Positions 40,818 to 56,510 of a stretch of 64,000 nucleotides of DNA are shown here, piece by piece (within the stretch, counting starts at the first letter, position 1; each line of letters opens with the position of its first letter). The notes beneath the pieces are model-generated. The model did no database searches. It was not told the origin of the DNA and was given only the letters and a program-made list of their open reading frames with translations. Where the stretch lies: positions 133,858,001-133,922,000 of the forward strand of contig OZ024742.1 of assembly GCA_964016885.1 (NCBI GenBank), written 5' to 3'. Position numbers and translations under genes: made by a program. Source of the stretch: Eledone cirrhosa (lineage: Eukaryota).

Positions 40818-43800
40818 AACAAGTAGGACCCCGACGGCTGAGCTCAAGCCGTTTCCACGAGTAATTCTGGACTAAATAAAAAATGTTAGCCTGGTAAATG
40901 AATAGCCGAACTTCTCAGGGGGTAATTCCATATATGGTAAAAATGATTGTCACAAGGATTGGTCAAAAGGTTGTTGTTAAGATATATGATTCTATCATGG
41001 CATTTTGTGGAAGGAAGGGGTAGCTGAACTTGCCAGTTGAAGAAAAAGGGACAGGGAGTTGAGGAAACCCAGTCAAGCGTTGAAAGTGAAAAATACAGCA
41101 GATTCTAAGGATAGTGTATAGAAGGTCGAAAAAAGTATAATAGAGAAGGGGAGGGGGGAGTGAGTTGAAACAATAAGTAAATCTAAAGGGAGTAAACAAA
41201 AAAGTCATTATAAAAATGAGGAAATATATAAAAATTATATAAAAAAATATAAAAAACAATTTCTGATTACTACTCCCCTTCCACAATCATCAAATCTCTG
41301 ACTGGTACTGCTAAGCTGTAGAAGGAGCTATAGAAATGGACGACAAACGAGAGACAAAATTCATCCAGTTTGACATAGAGAGTTACTATGCTTCAATTAC
41401 CTTACCGCTCCTTACGGCCGCCTTGGACTTTGACGAGCCACTCGCGCCCATCACCGACCAGGAAAGAAATATCATCCTCCACGCCAGGAAGACAGTCCTA
41501 CTTTTCGACAACTGCAAATGAATAAAGAGAGCTCCCGACTCCCCGTTCGACGTCAGTATGGGTGCGACTGATTCGGCTAAGGTCACAAATCTTATAGGAT
41601 TATTCCTACTATTTAAACTCACCGATATGTCTCCTGCATTCGGCGGTGGATTGTACCGTGATGATGGGCTCCTTACCCTCAAAGGGTACAACCCCAGGAG
41701 TACAGACCGGGTCCATAAACAATTAATCAGCTTCTTCCGCGACTGGGGATTTAAAATAACCTTACAAACGTCCCTAACCCGAGTAAACTTCCTGGACGTT
41801 ACCCTTAACCTCGATAACGATCTGAACTACCCATACAGGAAACCAAACGACAACCTGAACTACATCCACCGCCGGTAGAACCATCCTAGAAACATCACAA
41901 ATTACCTGGATAAAAACATCTCCCTTCGCATATCTCGTTTTTCCGCTAATGAGCAGATATTCGAGGAACATGCGCCTTATTACAACCAGGCCCTCAAGCG
42001 GAGTGGCTTCCGGGAGGAAATATCCTATTATCCAGCTTCCATGAGCGGAACGAACAGGCGACACCGCCACTCACGCAACGTAACGTGGTTCAATTCTCCC
42101 CACAATGCCGAGATCACAACACCTATCGGGAAAATCTTCTTTAGGCTCATCGAAAAACACTTCCCACTACAACACCGCTACCACAACATAATCAACAAAA
42201 ACAGTATCAAACTCTCCTACAGCACCACACCTTACTTTGCACAAAACATCGTATCCTCTAACAACAATAAACTCAACCCCCATGGAAGAAATAAACTAGA
42301 TAGCAGTGGAGAGCAGACCAGGTGGTGTATCTGTCCTGATGGATACCTTTGCCCCCTCGACAAGAGATGCAGATATCGTAATGTGGTCTACAAGAGCAAC
42401 GTGAGGGCGGACACTTCCAACAAAGCTATATAGGATTAACCGCTTGTGACTTCAAGACTCGGCTCTACCAACACAGACATACTTTCCGGAACCCGGCCCG
42501 GCGTCACGCCACTACACTTTCGGGCCACATCTGGGACCTCAAAGATAATAATATAACCTACAATCTCACTTGAAGCTTACTGTCTAGAGCCAACTCTTAC
42601 ACGGAGGGACGCCGTCTGTGTAACTTATGCTCGGAGGAAACATTACAAATACTGTTTTCGACGGACCAACTCCTAAGCAAGAAAGACGAACTGGTAACTG
42701 CATGCAAACACAGATTGCGTAGAACTTACCTCGCCCACAAACCCAATAATGACCCCCTGGGGTAGGCGAGGGCTGAACCACCCCACTTGCCGACTTTGTA
42801 AGGGGTAACCCTTGCTTACAAAGGTAGACGTAACTGTTTTTTATATTCTTTTTTATATATTTTTTATCGTCTCCTCTATATTTCCTTCTTCCACCCATCC
42901 CTTCCTAGTCCTTCCACCCCAGATCTCCTTCTTTGTCGTCGTTCTTTTCACCTTCTGGCTCACCCTGATGCAGGCTTTCAGTCCACTCTAGCCTCAGTAC
43001 TCCCCCCCCCCCCTTATGTTATGATATAATTGGCCGATTCCGCTTTTTATAGCAGATGTGCTAGACCCCAGATACTTGCTTTCTTCTCCGGTTGCTGCTC
43101 CTTTTCTGTGATTTCTATATTTCTTAGTTGTATTTCTGCTTTAGTTTCTTGTATACTAGTATTTATTTTCGGGGGATTCTGAATTAATATTTCGTATTAG
43201 TTTTTCATATATATTGTACGAGTATTTATGTAGATTGTATTAGAATTTATTTATTGTAGCAGCATTTATATATATTGTATTAGTTTTTTTTTAGTTTTTA
43301 TATTTATTGTATGAGTATTTATATAGATTGAATTATAATTTATGTATTGTAGGAGTACTTTTATATATTTTGTTTTAGTATTCATGTTACGGTATTCTGA
43401 ATTAATATTTCGCATTAGTTTCGGGAACCTGAATTAATATTTCGTATTAGTTTTTTTTAGTATGTTGTTCCTCAACTTATTAACCTGCCATTGTAAGATA
43501 GCATTGGCTGATTACTACTAATCATCGTAGTGGTGATAGATACCCTGTAATGATGGCCTGATAAAATTATTTCACTACAATCTCGTATTTAGTATTCCTT
43601 CCCACCTATTAAACTTTTCTATAGCTTAGCAGTACCAGTGAGAGATTTGATGATTGTGGAAGAGGAGTAGTAAGCAGAAATAATTTTTTAAATATTTTTT
43701 TTATATATTTTTTATATATGTTTTATATCTTTCCTCATTTTTATAATGACTTTTTTGTTTACTCCCTTTAGATTTACTTATTGTGTCAACCCCCTCCCCC

Positions 43801-44210
43801 TTCTCTAGTATACTTTGTTCGACCTTCTATACACTATCCTTAGAATCTGCTGTATTTTTCACTTTCAACGCTTGACTGGGTTTCCTACACTCCCTCTTCC
43901 TCTTTCTTCTGCAGGCAAGTTCAGCTACCTATACCTTCCACAAAATGCCAAGATAGAATATGTCTTAACAACAAACCTTTGACCAATCCTTGTGACAATC
44001 ATTTTTACCATATATGGAATTACCCCCTGAGAAGTTCGCCTATTCATTTACCAGGTGAAACATATTTATTTAGTCGAGAATTACCCGTCAAAACGGCTTG
44101 AGCTCAGCCGTCAGGGTCCTACTTGTTCCTATTACCCACTCTACTACCCTAAGTATTGAGTACTTTGGTGCGTTATGGTCCATCTGGTTCCTTACTATAT
44201 TTCGTTCGTT
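40816..44210 (+). mobile_element. Decayed PLE family 3 with inverted 5' pseudo-LTR
   Basis: 40816-41322 is the reverse complement of about 43618-44130. RT-EN pseudogene at about 41325-42750. Both ends lie in (TA)n. Confidence 0.9.
41325..42750 (+). pseudogene. PLE RT-GIY-YIG pseudogene (family 3)
   Basis: FIQFDIESYY, SMGATDS, LYRDD, NFLDVTL, CICPDGYLCPLDKRC and VVY motifs, with several stops. Confidence 0.9.
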
Positions 44211-45008
<798 letters not shown>

Positions 45009-47149
45009 GCAAAAGTTCTATTTAAATTGTTGGGATACAACAAGCAAATATTGTTATAACTGATATAAAGCACTCGACAAGTATTTGGAGTAAATATACG
45101 ATATTCACAAAAGGAACTATATTTATAAAACCATATCTATTTTATTATACATAGTTCAAGGATACCATGTTAAATTATGGTATGCTTTCATCAGACAAAA
45201 TACAATATATATCAGTTTATAAATAAATATTGACATACTCTTTCAAAATGCGACCGTTAATTTTGGAAGACATCAGGGATAGTGGATTTGTTTATCTTAG
45301 TAAGGCGTTGTGTTACGGAGAAGGACAAAGACGGAGAGAGAGAAAAACCGAGAGAGAGAAAGTGGAGAAAGAAAGGGAGAGATAAAGAAAGAAAAAGAGA
45401 AAAAAAAAGAAAAAAAAAGAAGAAAAAAAAGAAAAAAAAGAAAAAAAAAGAAAAAAGAAAAGAGGAAAACGAGAGAGAGATATCAAAACACCAGACAGAG
45501 TGAAAAAATCAAGAGAGAGAAATATAGAGATAGAGAGAGGGGGAGAGAACTAAAAACTTAAGTCATGTCATATTAAGTTAAGTTAACAATTGAGATGAAA
45601 TTAATAAATAAAATTAGAAATATTAATATTCATGAATGGAATATACATATATAATATGAGAAATTAATCATTGTTTAACTATGATTAGATATTTAGTTTA
45701 AAAATTGAGATCAATGTATTAAACATTGGAATTTAAACATTAAGAAATCTATATATTGCTAGAGAAAATTACCTATCATATAACACGTACACACACGCAA
45801 AAATATACATAAATATATATATATATACACTCACTCAGAAGATACACATTATATCTACTCCCGTATATAATATATACATACAAAGCATGAATGATTTTTT
45901 TAAGTAATGTTATACATCCCTTGTGTTATTAAATAAATATTTTTAATATATATATATATAAATATATAGGATTAGCTTTCATGCATTTATGGCTGTTAAA
46001 TTATGCCTTTCTGCAATCAAATTGTATGGGTACACATGTACATCTACACACACAATTCTTACATATACATATATAAACATGTGTGTGCATCCTCACCCAA
46101 TTGGTAGACAACCATCACCCATGCATATATACAGACAGATATATATTCATAAAAATGCATATAACACATGTATATGTATGTTAATACACACATATACATA
46201 CATATTCGTATATAGATAAGTATACATCAATATATTACATAGCATAATTGAGTACATAAAATAATTATATCAATATAACATAAAAACAAAAGAAATCTAA
46301 AATATTAAAATATTAAAATATTTAAAAATATTATAGAATATTTTAAGTTAAAATAATATGTTTAATAGATTTAGTATAGAAATTTATCTTACGTATATTT
46401 TACTCAAGATAATGAAAGGATAAACTTTCGAAAATTATGAGAAGCTATCAGAATAAAAAAAAACCTAATAAAAAATAAATAAAATATGAAAAAATATAAA
46501 AAATAAAAAATATAAGTAATAGGAAATATTTTCTCCTTTCAAGAGCTCTCAATATATTTCTCTAGAATAGTTTATTATATTTATATTTATATTTAGGAAG
46601 AAAATTTATTTATCCTTGAGTACTTAACCAAAGAAAATGAAAAAGGTGAAGGAATCTAATGATTTATCGACAGGTTTCATATATTAACCAAATTACTTAA
46701 TTAATTATACTACATTTTAAATTTATATTTATATTTAAACGTTGAGTTCATTCTATGTCTGCAGCAACTGAATACATTATTCCTTAAATTTAGGGCATTT
46801 TTGGTCTTTAATATAAAGAATATTTCCTCTATACAAAGATCGCAATTTTCTGAAGAGGAATTAAAAGGAGTAGCTTTTGAAATAATATTCCAAATCAGCG
46901 AATATTCAACATTATCTCGTTTTAGGTCCCATAATAGGCTAGATAGTGTAGTTGAATATTTTTTGTTTGGATCTGTAAAATAATTTTTATGATTATTGAA
47001 GCGGGATTTAAACTCTGTGGAGGTAGAACCGACATAATTAAATGGATTTAAATTAGTTTTTACATTACAATTATAAACTACATTTTTAGCTAAGCAATTG
47101 TTATTTAACGGACAGTTGGATTTATTTCTACAGTTACAATTATTCGATT

Positions 47150-47593
47150 GAATATTGCTTCAACGTCATTATTTGGAGCAGTGAAAAACAATTACGCGCA
47201 AAGACAGAACCATGTTTATGGTATAAAGGAAGTCCTAGACAAATATTCTCTTAGGTGGTTCACAGAGATGTTCTCTGGCAATGAACGAAAAAAAACGAAG
47301 ATAGTACGTCATATGTGGAGCGTGGAGAACAATTGCACGCAAAGACAAAACCACGTAAATGGTATAACTGAAGTTGTAGACTAAAATTCTAACTAGGAAA
47401 CCGAATGATTCTCCGCTTCAGAGTTAAGAATAAGTTCGTTTCAGAAGATCCCGTTAAGGGTAAAAGCAGCGATTATTTGCTTAAACTTTAATCTGTTATT
47501 TTAATAAATATTTGCTCTACGGTTCTTATATATTTGATATATATTTATCCTTACAAGACCCTTTTGGATTTTAGTCTTCACATCTATTATTAT

Positions 47594-47598
<5 letters not shown>
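47150..47598. mobile_element. Solo PLE family 2 pseudo-LTR with 5' inversion
   Basis: 47150-47435 matches about 6270-6545 (antisense arm). 47437-47598 is the sense 3' end, with an HHR remnant, running into (TA)n. Confidence 0.8.
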
Positions 47599-47653
<55 letters not shown>

Positions 47654-47755
47654 TTATATATATATATATGCATACATATACGTGTTTTGCAACTGGTCAC
47701 TTTGTGACTCAATGAAAAATTAATAAATTAAACAATCAGAGATATATATCATACA

Positions 47756-47837
<82 letters not shown>

Positions 47838-47843
<6 letters not shown>

Positions 47844-48374
47844 CGTAAAATAAGAAAATTATAAAAATTAACTTACTTACTAAAATTTCACTCCAACCAA
47901 TTAGTTTCTGAAAGGGAATAAACGTAGTTTCCGAAGAAACGTACGGATAAGCCTTTCGTCATCAGGGAAGTCTATCCTCAGTTAAGTTTCCAGGCAGTAC
48001 GTGGACACAGGGAACTTATACAAAAAAAATTCAGTGGGTAGTCCACGCTTCGCTTTTTTCCATCCACTGAATTATTTTTGTATAAGTTCCCTGTGACCAC
48101 GTATTGCCTGGAAACTTAACTGAGAATAGACTTTCCCGATGACCAAAGGCTTCTCGTACGTTTCTTCGGAAACTACGTTTATTCCCTTTCAGAAACTAAT
48201 TAGTTGGAGTGAAAGTTTAGTAAGTAAGTTAATTTTTATAATTTTCTTATTTTACGTCTCTCATATTATTGTTCTGCATCCCCATGCTTTGAACCACAAA
48301 GTTACTAAGACAAAACCTATATTTTGCTGGCATAGGTATGCATCTGTATATATATGTTAGTAAATATACTAATT

Positions 48375-48378
<4 letters not shown>
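47838..48378. mobile_element. Diverged subfamily of the 522-bp HHR repeat, foldback
   Basis: Arms at 47838-48037 and 48063-48262. HHRs at about 47890-47968 (minus) and 48133-48210 (plus). (TA)n on both sides. Confidence 0.82.
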
Positions 48379-48431
<53 letters not shown>

Positions 48432-48574
48432 TATGATGATAAGAAACGAAAGGAGTTGTGTGGTTACTCTAAACAGAGTTTAAGATTGAAGTGTGGACGA
48501 AAAAAGAGAAGTAAAGAATCCTTCATCAGCTGTAAACCGAGATCGAGATGTCTCGGTGCTTATATATACATATG

Positions 48575-48606
<32 letters not shown>

Positions 48607-49117
48607 ATGTAGGATATGAGTTTTATTTTAGCACAATAAAGCAATGCAAATATCGGATAAGTAGCACTCCACAGTTTATAGGACTGGAGTATAAATAATA
48701 TAAGATCAACAGATGGTTAGAAGAGTTGCATGTATTTTATTATGTGCATTTCAAAAACAAATATCATCATGGGATGATATTTGCGTTCTCATCAGATAAA
48801 ATAGGGAGACATGATATGAAGCTTAAAAAACACTTGCGAGCACTGAAGTGTTAAATAAACATATGAAAAATAAATTAAGCTGGATATATGAGATTGGGAA
48901 AAAAAGGAGGAGGGGGGAAAGAAAAAGTGAGGAAGGGGAAGAAGAAAATAAAGGATGACGGTGGAGGAGTATAAGAAGGAAGGATGAGAGAGGAGGAGAA
49001 ATGAGTGAGAGAGAGAGAGATAACCTTTAATACTGAGAAACACTGTCTCACAGAGAAAACAAAAAAAAAACAGTTGTAAGATAATACATCATTTTAAAAA
49101 ATTTGGAAATTAAAAGT

Positions 49118-49275
49118 TTTATGAAAGGTAAAGTTAACCTCGGTGGGATTTGAACTCAGAATGGCAAATCCCGCCGAGGTTAACTTTGCCTTTTATCCTT
49201 ACGGGGTCGATAAAATAAAGTACCAGTAATTCACTGGTTTTTGCTGGCCTTGTGCCAAATGTAGAAACAATTATT
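49118..49275 (+). mobile_element. 5'-inverted, truncated Meta-core SINE
   Basis: An antisense segment at 49118-49165 is joined to the sense 3' half. Confidence 0.75.
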
Positions 49276-50907
49276 AACTTTGATCCATAAAATTATTTCT
49301 CTATCTTTATTTTCCTATCTAAGTTTTAAATTTTAATTTAAATATCCAACCCGTATATTTTTACGGAACTTATTTTTAAATGTGAATCTTTCATGTGTTT
49401 ACATTTTTTATTTTTTATTTATAATATGTATGTAATTATCTTTCGTAAGTTTTTAAATATACATACCGTATTTTTATCCATGATTCAAATATAGAGCAAA
49501 TATCCAAACTATAAATTATTACGGACCTTATTTTGAACTCTGAATTATCCATGCATTTATTATTATTTTTCTTATATATAACACGTTGAAATCTATTATA
49601 TAAGATTGTAATCGTTATCATTTACCTAAAGTATACTGTATCACTAATACTTAATATATATCTATATATACCTGCCTGTATCTCTCTATACAACATATTT
49701 AGATAACTTCTAAATTTTTAGATTATTATTTATTTTGAACTGTGAATAATTCATGCATTTACACCCTTTTATATATAGATATCTATTTAACTTTAGCATG
49801 CTTCAATCTATTATTTTATATTCGTTATCATTTACCTAAAATATACTGGCTCATTAATATATATCTATATACATAATCGTTATTTAAATATTTTTAACAA
49901 TAAGTACTTCATAAGCTTTACATACCGAAAATGTTGACATTTTTATAGATGTTCTTCGTTAAATTTACGAAAATATTCAACAGTGTAAATGTTCCTTTCG
50001 CTGGCCAGGTAAATCCTTTAAATGTTATCCTCATAATATTCAGAAGTTTAGAAATGTTAAGACATGTATAGAATTTATAAAATTAATAAATATAAATAAC
50101 CAGCAACTTTAAAAAATACCTAAAATCTTGATTTTTCACCCCAAAATAACATAAATTAAATATTTCGAAACTTAACCGTTTAGCTTTTGGAAAAAATCTC
50201 TTTCTGCATATATTACTCCCCTTTACCTCTCTTTAAATCCTCTTTTAGCGGCCCTCATTGACTGTTATAATTCATAAGATGTTTTCCTAGATAACCATAA
50301 CTTGTAGTATCCTACATTTTAAAATCTCTATAGCTGCCACATTAACCAAAGTTTTTCTTTCTCACACATTCTCTATTGAATTTATTACGTTTTCTCATTT
50401 TATCATTATTAGGGTATAAATGTTGAATTGTCTCTTAAGTTAATCACTACCTTGATTAAATCCTAACCATTTAACATCTCAGGGTATGTCATGTATCATT
50501 ATATTTTCTCTGATGAGGACGTACTGTTGTACCTCCGAAATATGTATAATGAAATTTAATTGATCAAAAGAACATCTATTTTATTGATATTTGTATTTTT
50601 ATATATATATATATATACGTGTGTGCGGGTGTGTGTGTGTGTGTGTATATATATATAAATATATATATATATATACATTGATTACAGAGACACACATATA
50701 TATACACATACACACATACATGTATATGTATATATATATATATATATATGTATACATACACACACATGTATATAGTTCCATACACACACGTATATATGTG
50801 GGTCTTCCAGTTTCATTTCACATTAGTTACATGCCTGTGTATATTTTAATTATATAAAAATTATGTATATATATATATGTGAGTGTATATATGTATATAT
50901 ATATATA

Positions 50908-50911
<4 letters not shown>

Positions 50912-50987
<76 letters not shown>
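50912..50987. repeat. (GA)n microsatellite
   Basis: Directly visible. Confidence 0.95.
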
Positions 50988-50989
<2 letters not shown>

Positions 50990-51645
50990 AAGTGCTTTGT
51001 AATGAGCAGAGACGGAATATGTGCTGTGTTATTCGAATGCATTCTAAAGACAATAAAAAAGCCATGCCAGAAAATATTTGCTTTTTCATTTCCTCAAGGC
51101 ATATTAACGAAGAGAATCGTTATGCATTCTCAAATAGTCAAATCAATGTCGGAAATCTATACAAATATTTTTAACATTTTAGCTAGAACATGACTCGTTT
51201 TGCTAATGTCTGTATATCGTTTTAAGTAATCATATTTTATTTTTCAGTGTGCGATTCGAAAGGAAAATGTTAATTTTATAAGATAGCGAATTAGTTGACT
51301 CATACTAATCATTTGAATAGTCTCTAACTGGTGTATATTTTTATAGGGGTTATATTGATTTTTGATATTATAGAATCATCTCTTCTGTAATATAGGCACC
51401 AACTTGACCACCCGTTCACTTCAATATTTTTTAAAAAAATCATGTTCACTTAAAAATAATTTTCATATAATTAAAATATACACACACATGTAAATAATGT
51501 GAAATGAAACTGGAAGACCCATATATATACGTGTGTTTATGGAAATATATAAGTGTGTGTATGTATAAATATATATATACATGTATGTGTGTATGTGTAT
51601 ATATATATGTGGGTGTCTGCGATTTATATACATTGGTCATACACA

Positions 51646-51727
<82 letters not shown>

Positions 51728-51879
51728 TATATACCCACTCACATATATACACAACAGCACCATCAGCTTTCTCTTCCATTCTCCTTCTCTGTCTCCTTCT
51801 CTCTCTCTCTGTCTCTCGTCCAATCTTCTCTCTCAGAACCACTATCTCTTTCACTCTATCCTACTCTCTTTCTCTCTAT

Positions 51880-52070
51880 TTATGAAGGTACCCGGAAAAA
51901 CGCCATATCTCTGGAACCCGTGCACCGATTTAAGAGAAACTTGTTTTATTCCATGTGTATTCGCATTTCAGGGTAAACTTCCTTTCAAATTATTTTCCCA
52001 TTATGCGTCCCTTTGGCTGTATTACATTACAGTCCAGCAAGCAAGCAATCACAGAAATATATAGATAGAT
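51880..52070 (-). mobile_element. Probable non-autonomous Helitron-type 5' fragment
   Basis: Minus strand starts ATCTATCTATATAT, followed by (TTGC)n and AAATCGGTGCACGGGTTCCAGAGATATG, a style of sequence common in such elements. Confidence 0.4.
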
Positions 52071-53399
52071 AACTTCTCATTTACATAATAAGCAACAGAC
52101 TGCTACGCATATACAGAAGTCGGGGCTGTTTCGTTGTTAGTGTTTAGGAATATACGCAATGGTGGGGAATTAAAGTTACGACTAAAATCTCAACCAAATT
52201 CATCTGTAATTCGAACCAATAATTATTTGTCTGTGAACATTTGACAAGACATAGTTTTATTTCAAGATCTGTAGTTAACATAATATAATGAATGTCAAGT
52301 AATCAAAATTGTCCTGCGAACCTGAGGCATGCAACGAGTGACGATTTACTGACTGGGTTTTAATTATATATGCCTAAATAAATAATAGTTACGTAAATCA
52401 GGCCAGGTAATGGCAATGCTTCCTCGGGAATAATTATTCATATTTGGTAACTGACACTGGTGGTAGCTAACACCTTAATCATAATATTTTATTATATATG
52501 AGCAAATCTGGGGAAAGAGTATCTTTATTTTCCATAAAGATGCACAGATACAGATATTCCTTATATTTAATTAATGACAGTAACATATGAAAACCTTAGA
52601 CATATTTGGGGAAGTGGTCGATTATTACAAACTATATAGTTCTGGGGGTCCCTTTAAATGCGTAGTATTTCACAGCTTTCCGTAGGACTTTTCCTGATTA
52701 AGAATGTCTTAATAATCGATTAAATATTTTGTGAAAACAAACACTTGAGTATATTGGTGACTGTGGAGTCACTATGACTCATAAGATCTTACGTCCATAT
52801 TCAAATCTACGCCTTCTTCTTCGGCGCTGATATAAAGATATAAAGCAACGGCCTCGAATCTCACTATGATAATCATTTTAATTGTGCACTTCGCCTAATG
52901 TATCATGAGCCATTCTGTGAGTTACCGATAGTGGGAAGTGTTTTGATATATCATCGGAATTTCTCTCCCGTCAGAAGGAAATTGGTAAAACTTTATGTAG
53001 AAGTGAAAGCAACTTTACCGTTAAGTTAACACTACAATCATATGTGGAATACAGAATAGAAGAAAACAAAGAAAAAGCTTTCAAGAAGTTTAATAAATTA
53101 TTGTATATCGTAGTCTTTCGAAGATTAAATTTTACACAGAATGATCACAAATGCATTTCTGCAAGAGATTAAAACACAGTATATGTTCTGTTGCCTCTAT
53201 TAACTAATAACACTTTCGCCCAGTACTAATATATATATATAAATAATGAAAACACGAAACTTAGATATACATATGAAGTGTGATTTATAAAAAACTGATT
53301 TTGGAAAAAAAAGAGGAGAATAGACAGAACGAAGCGGGTTTGGGTAAGAATTCCCCTGTTTCTACGGTTTATTAATACCAACAGTTATTTTGTTACGAT

Positions 53400-53692
53400 G
53401 TTTATAAATGTAAAATCTGTTTCAAGCCCGGAGGTTATTCAGGTCGATGTTTATCCCTGTTTTCATGACGTTAAACAGCTGAGAGTACAATCATCCCTTC
53501 GCTACAGGACGTCAGTCCATTGCTGGTATATACTCCCATCTACTTCTGCTACACTGTATCAGCTGAGTATATTGGAGCAACGTGAAATGGAATGTTTTTC
53601 TTAAGAACACAAAACACAACCCAGTTCAGGAATCGAACCCACAATATTACGATCGTAAGCCTAAAAGTGTTACCACTAGGCCATGAGCCTTC
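53400..53692 (-). mobile_element. Decayed tRNA-derived SINE (same family as 22520-22856)
   Basis: Minus strand TGGCCTAGTGG (A box), GGGTTCGATTCC (B box) and CATTTCACGTTGCTCC. Confidence 0.7.
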
Positions 53693-54599
53693 CCATTTAC
53701 TGGGGTGCTAAATGCTTAACTTCTGTTGCCTTCATCTGAACTAATATATAATAGCGTTCTCTATGGGCAATGTGTAGAAATATCATACAGTTTCAAATTG
53801 CATGATCTCACAGTATAGTTTGACATTTGATATAACTAAACAAACACAGGATCTATACTAAACAGGATATCAAATTTTGCTATATTTTCCCACACATTCC
53901 ATTGTTCAGATGTCCAATATCATTCCGCAACTAGTAGGATATGGGAGTTAGGAGATTCATTTATTAGAAGGAATGCGATTTCAGACCAAATAAATTATTC
54001 ATATCTTGGTAGACGTAGTCTCCTGCCGAGACATATTTTCAAAACCCATGAAAGAAAAGAATTCCAAAATAAACTGATAATGGTAATTTTTTGGCTAAGT
54101 ATATTAACTCATTTTAAAGGATTTTATAGTATCTCAACACAACGAAGGTTAGATCATGTGGTCAAATAATCTGGTTAAAATGTTGGCCACATCCTCAATA
54201 TTAAGCTTCACATACTTCGAAGATTTTCATATCATATATCGTGATCGTGGTTTTCAGGCAGACTAAAATACAGATGCTCACGTTTCGTGTTACGTTGATC
54301 ATAATTCTGCTCGATCGGAGCTTATGAAGAGCCGAACAGATACAATGGCCAAAGTTTCTGTGAGTATAGTACCCTAAACTTTGATGAACAATTAATAAGA
54401 AATAATAGAAAGAGGAAATGATGCAATACTATATTTAAAAAATGATTCAGGAATTTTTCATGACGTTGTTCTTGTTGGTGATAATATGTTGTTGACGATG
54501 ATGGCAAAGATGTTGTAGATGGTGATTATGTTAATGGCGTTGAAGACGATTTTGGTGACGATTGGGATGATTATAACAACAATAATGGTTTTTGAGTTA

Positions 54600-54800
54600 G
54601 GAAAAATGCCAGCCAGTTTTTTACGTGGGGAGGAAGTTGATTACATCGACGACAGTGTGATACTGGTATTTTATTTTATCGAGCCGTAGCGATGAAAGAC
54701 AAAGCTAACATTGGCGGGAATTTAAGTAACGTGACGTAAAACTATACTTCAAATCATGTTATCCAACTCTCTGTCGAATCCGTCAAACCACCACCACCAC
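54600..54800 (-). mobile_element. Older diverged Meta-core SINE
   Basis: CTGGTATTTTATTTTATCGAGCCGTAGCGATGAAAGACAAAG matches the family core. Confidence 0.7.
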
Positions 54801-55064
54801 CGAGTTAAATAAAATCATGATATATTTTAGTATTCACTATTTTTATAATTCGAAGAGTAGGCTAAAGAAAATAAAAGAAAATATATAAAGTGAGAAGTAA
54901 GTTGCTAAGAAATAGCAAACTAAATATAAATCTTTTAATGAATTGTTATAAAGTAGAGGATAATTGAATCACAATACGAAACATTTACAACTCAGAAATA
55001 CATTTGCCTCATCAATAATTGCGTAAACAAAAACATCTTGCAAATAATGTTCCGACCTTCATTT

Positions 55065-55184
55065 AATAATTGTTTCTACTTTAGGCACAAGGCCAGCAAT
55101 TACCCAGTTCATTACTGGTACTTTATTTTATCGACCCCGTAAGGATGAAAGGCAAAGTCAACCTCGGCGGGATTTGAACTCAGT
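55065..55184 (-). mobile_element. 5'-truncated Meta-core SINE
   Basis: 3' half of the family, flanked by TTTAATAAT. Confidence 0.88.
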
Positions 55185-56389
55185 TTAATAATATCCTTGA
55201 AATATACGCAGATATTGGAGAAGAAACGTTATTTTCTACATTGATATTAAAGTGGATATGCCATTTTGAATCGCAGAACAGAAAAAACGTGTATGTAGTG
55301 GAACATATCTTTTTGGTTGATTGTTTCTCTTTTTCCGCAAACATTTACAGAATAAACCATTGTTATATAATAGCATTGCATGGCATTACAATAACAGTAA
55401 TTCATAAAATCAGCTAATATTATGATAGATAAATCATAAATAAGCTTCCCAAAAGTTGAACTAAACACTTAGATTATTTTCCTTCTACTATTTCATGGGA
55501 TTTTATCGATTTCTCAACTAATTTTATATTAACTATTGCGAAACCTTCCTGTGTCACCGAAACACAGACACATCAATTCTACAAATGAGAGCATGAAAGA
55601 GATGGAATGAAAATATGGGAAAATTAGAGGATAGTATAATTTAAATAGAAATGTGAACATAAATAATTGTGAAATAAATGGACAAAAGAGTAAAGGGGAA
55701 AATATTAATAAGAAATATTAATAAAAATATGAATTAAAAAATCGAAGTAAAATAATAAGAAACGATGTAATACTAATCACGTTATGTGTAAACAAATCAG
55801 CCTTTGATGTAATGTATTTGTAAATCCGTTAATTGCTAGGGAATCTAGATTAGAAGAATGACTCAAAGAGCCACATAAAGACAAGCCTGTACACGCACAC
55901 ATACCCACAAAAGAAACAACAGAAAAGCCCATGTAAAAAGAAACACACTCCCAGACGTAGAGACCATACACATATATAAAGAACTTAACATATACACAAA
56001 TATAGATATTAATCGGATTATTATTATCATGTCAGAATATGAAAATATTGTATAAAGACACTGACAGTTCTAATGAAAATATAAACATGTGTGAATGTCC
56101 CATTTTCAATGTTTTTGTTTTCTTGGAAACTATTGATACCTTGTGATGTGTCAAAAGAAGCTAATACTATTAAGGTAGCTAGGATTTTAAGGATATCAGT
56201 ATGTTGTATGCATAGAAATAAAGAAAACATCTAAAGTGAAATAACTAAAATTTAGACTCGTAATGAATTCTGAATTATGGAATAAAAAGTTTTGATTTTG
56301 TGTTACATTCAAAATACTTCGCATGTGTCACGTATTATTAGCAAGATAGCAAAATTGCACATGCTTACCAATTTAAACGTTTAAATTCA

Positions 56390-56390
<1 letters not shown>

Positions 56391-56420
<30 letters not shown>

Positions 56421-56510
56421 TGTATGTATGTATGTATGTATGTATGTATGTATGTATGTATGTATGTATGTATGTATGTATGTATGTGTGTATGTATGTA
56501 TATATGTATG
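56391..56510. repeat. (TATG)n microsatellite
   Basis: Directly visible. Confidence 0.95.

Noticed and set aside
48470-48560. CTGATGA on the minus strand in a TA-flanked insert (similar case at 5284-5310 plus)
   Set aside because: GAAA, stem III and stem I cannot be assembled consistently; at best these are heavily decayed.
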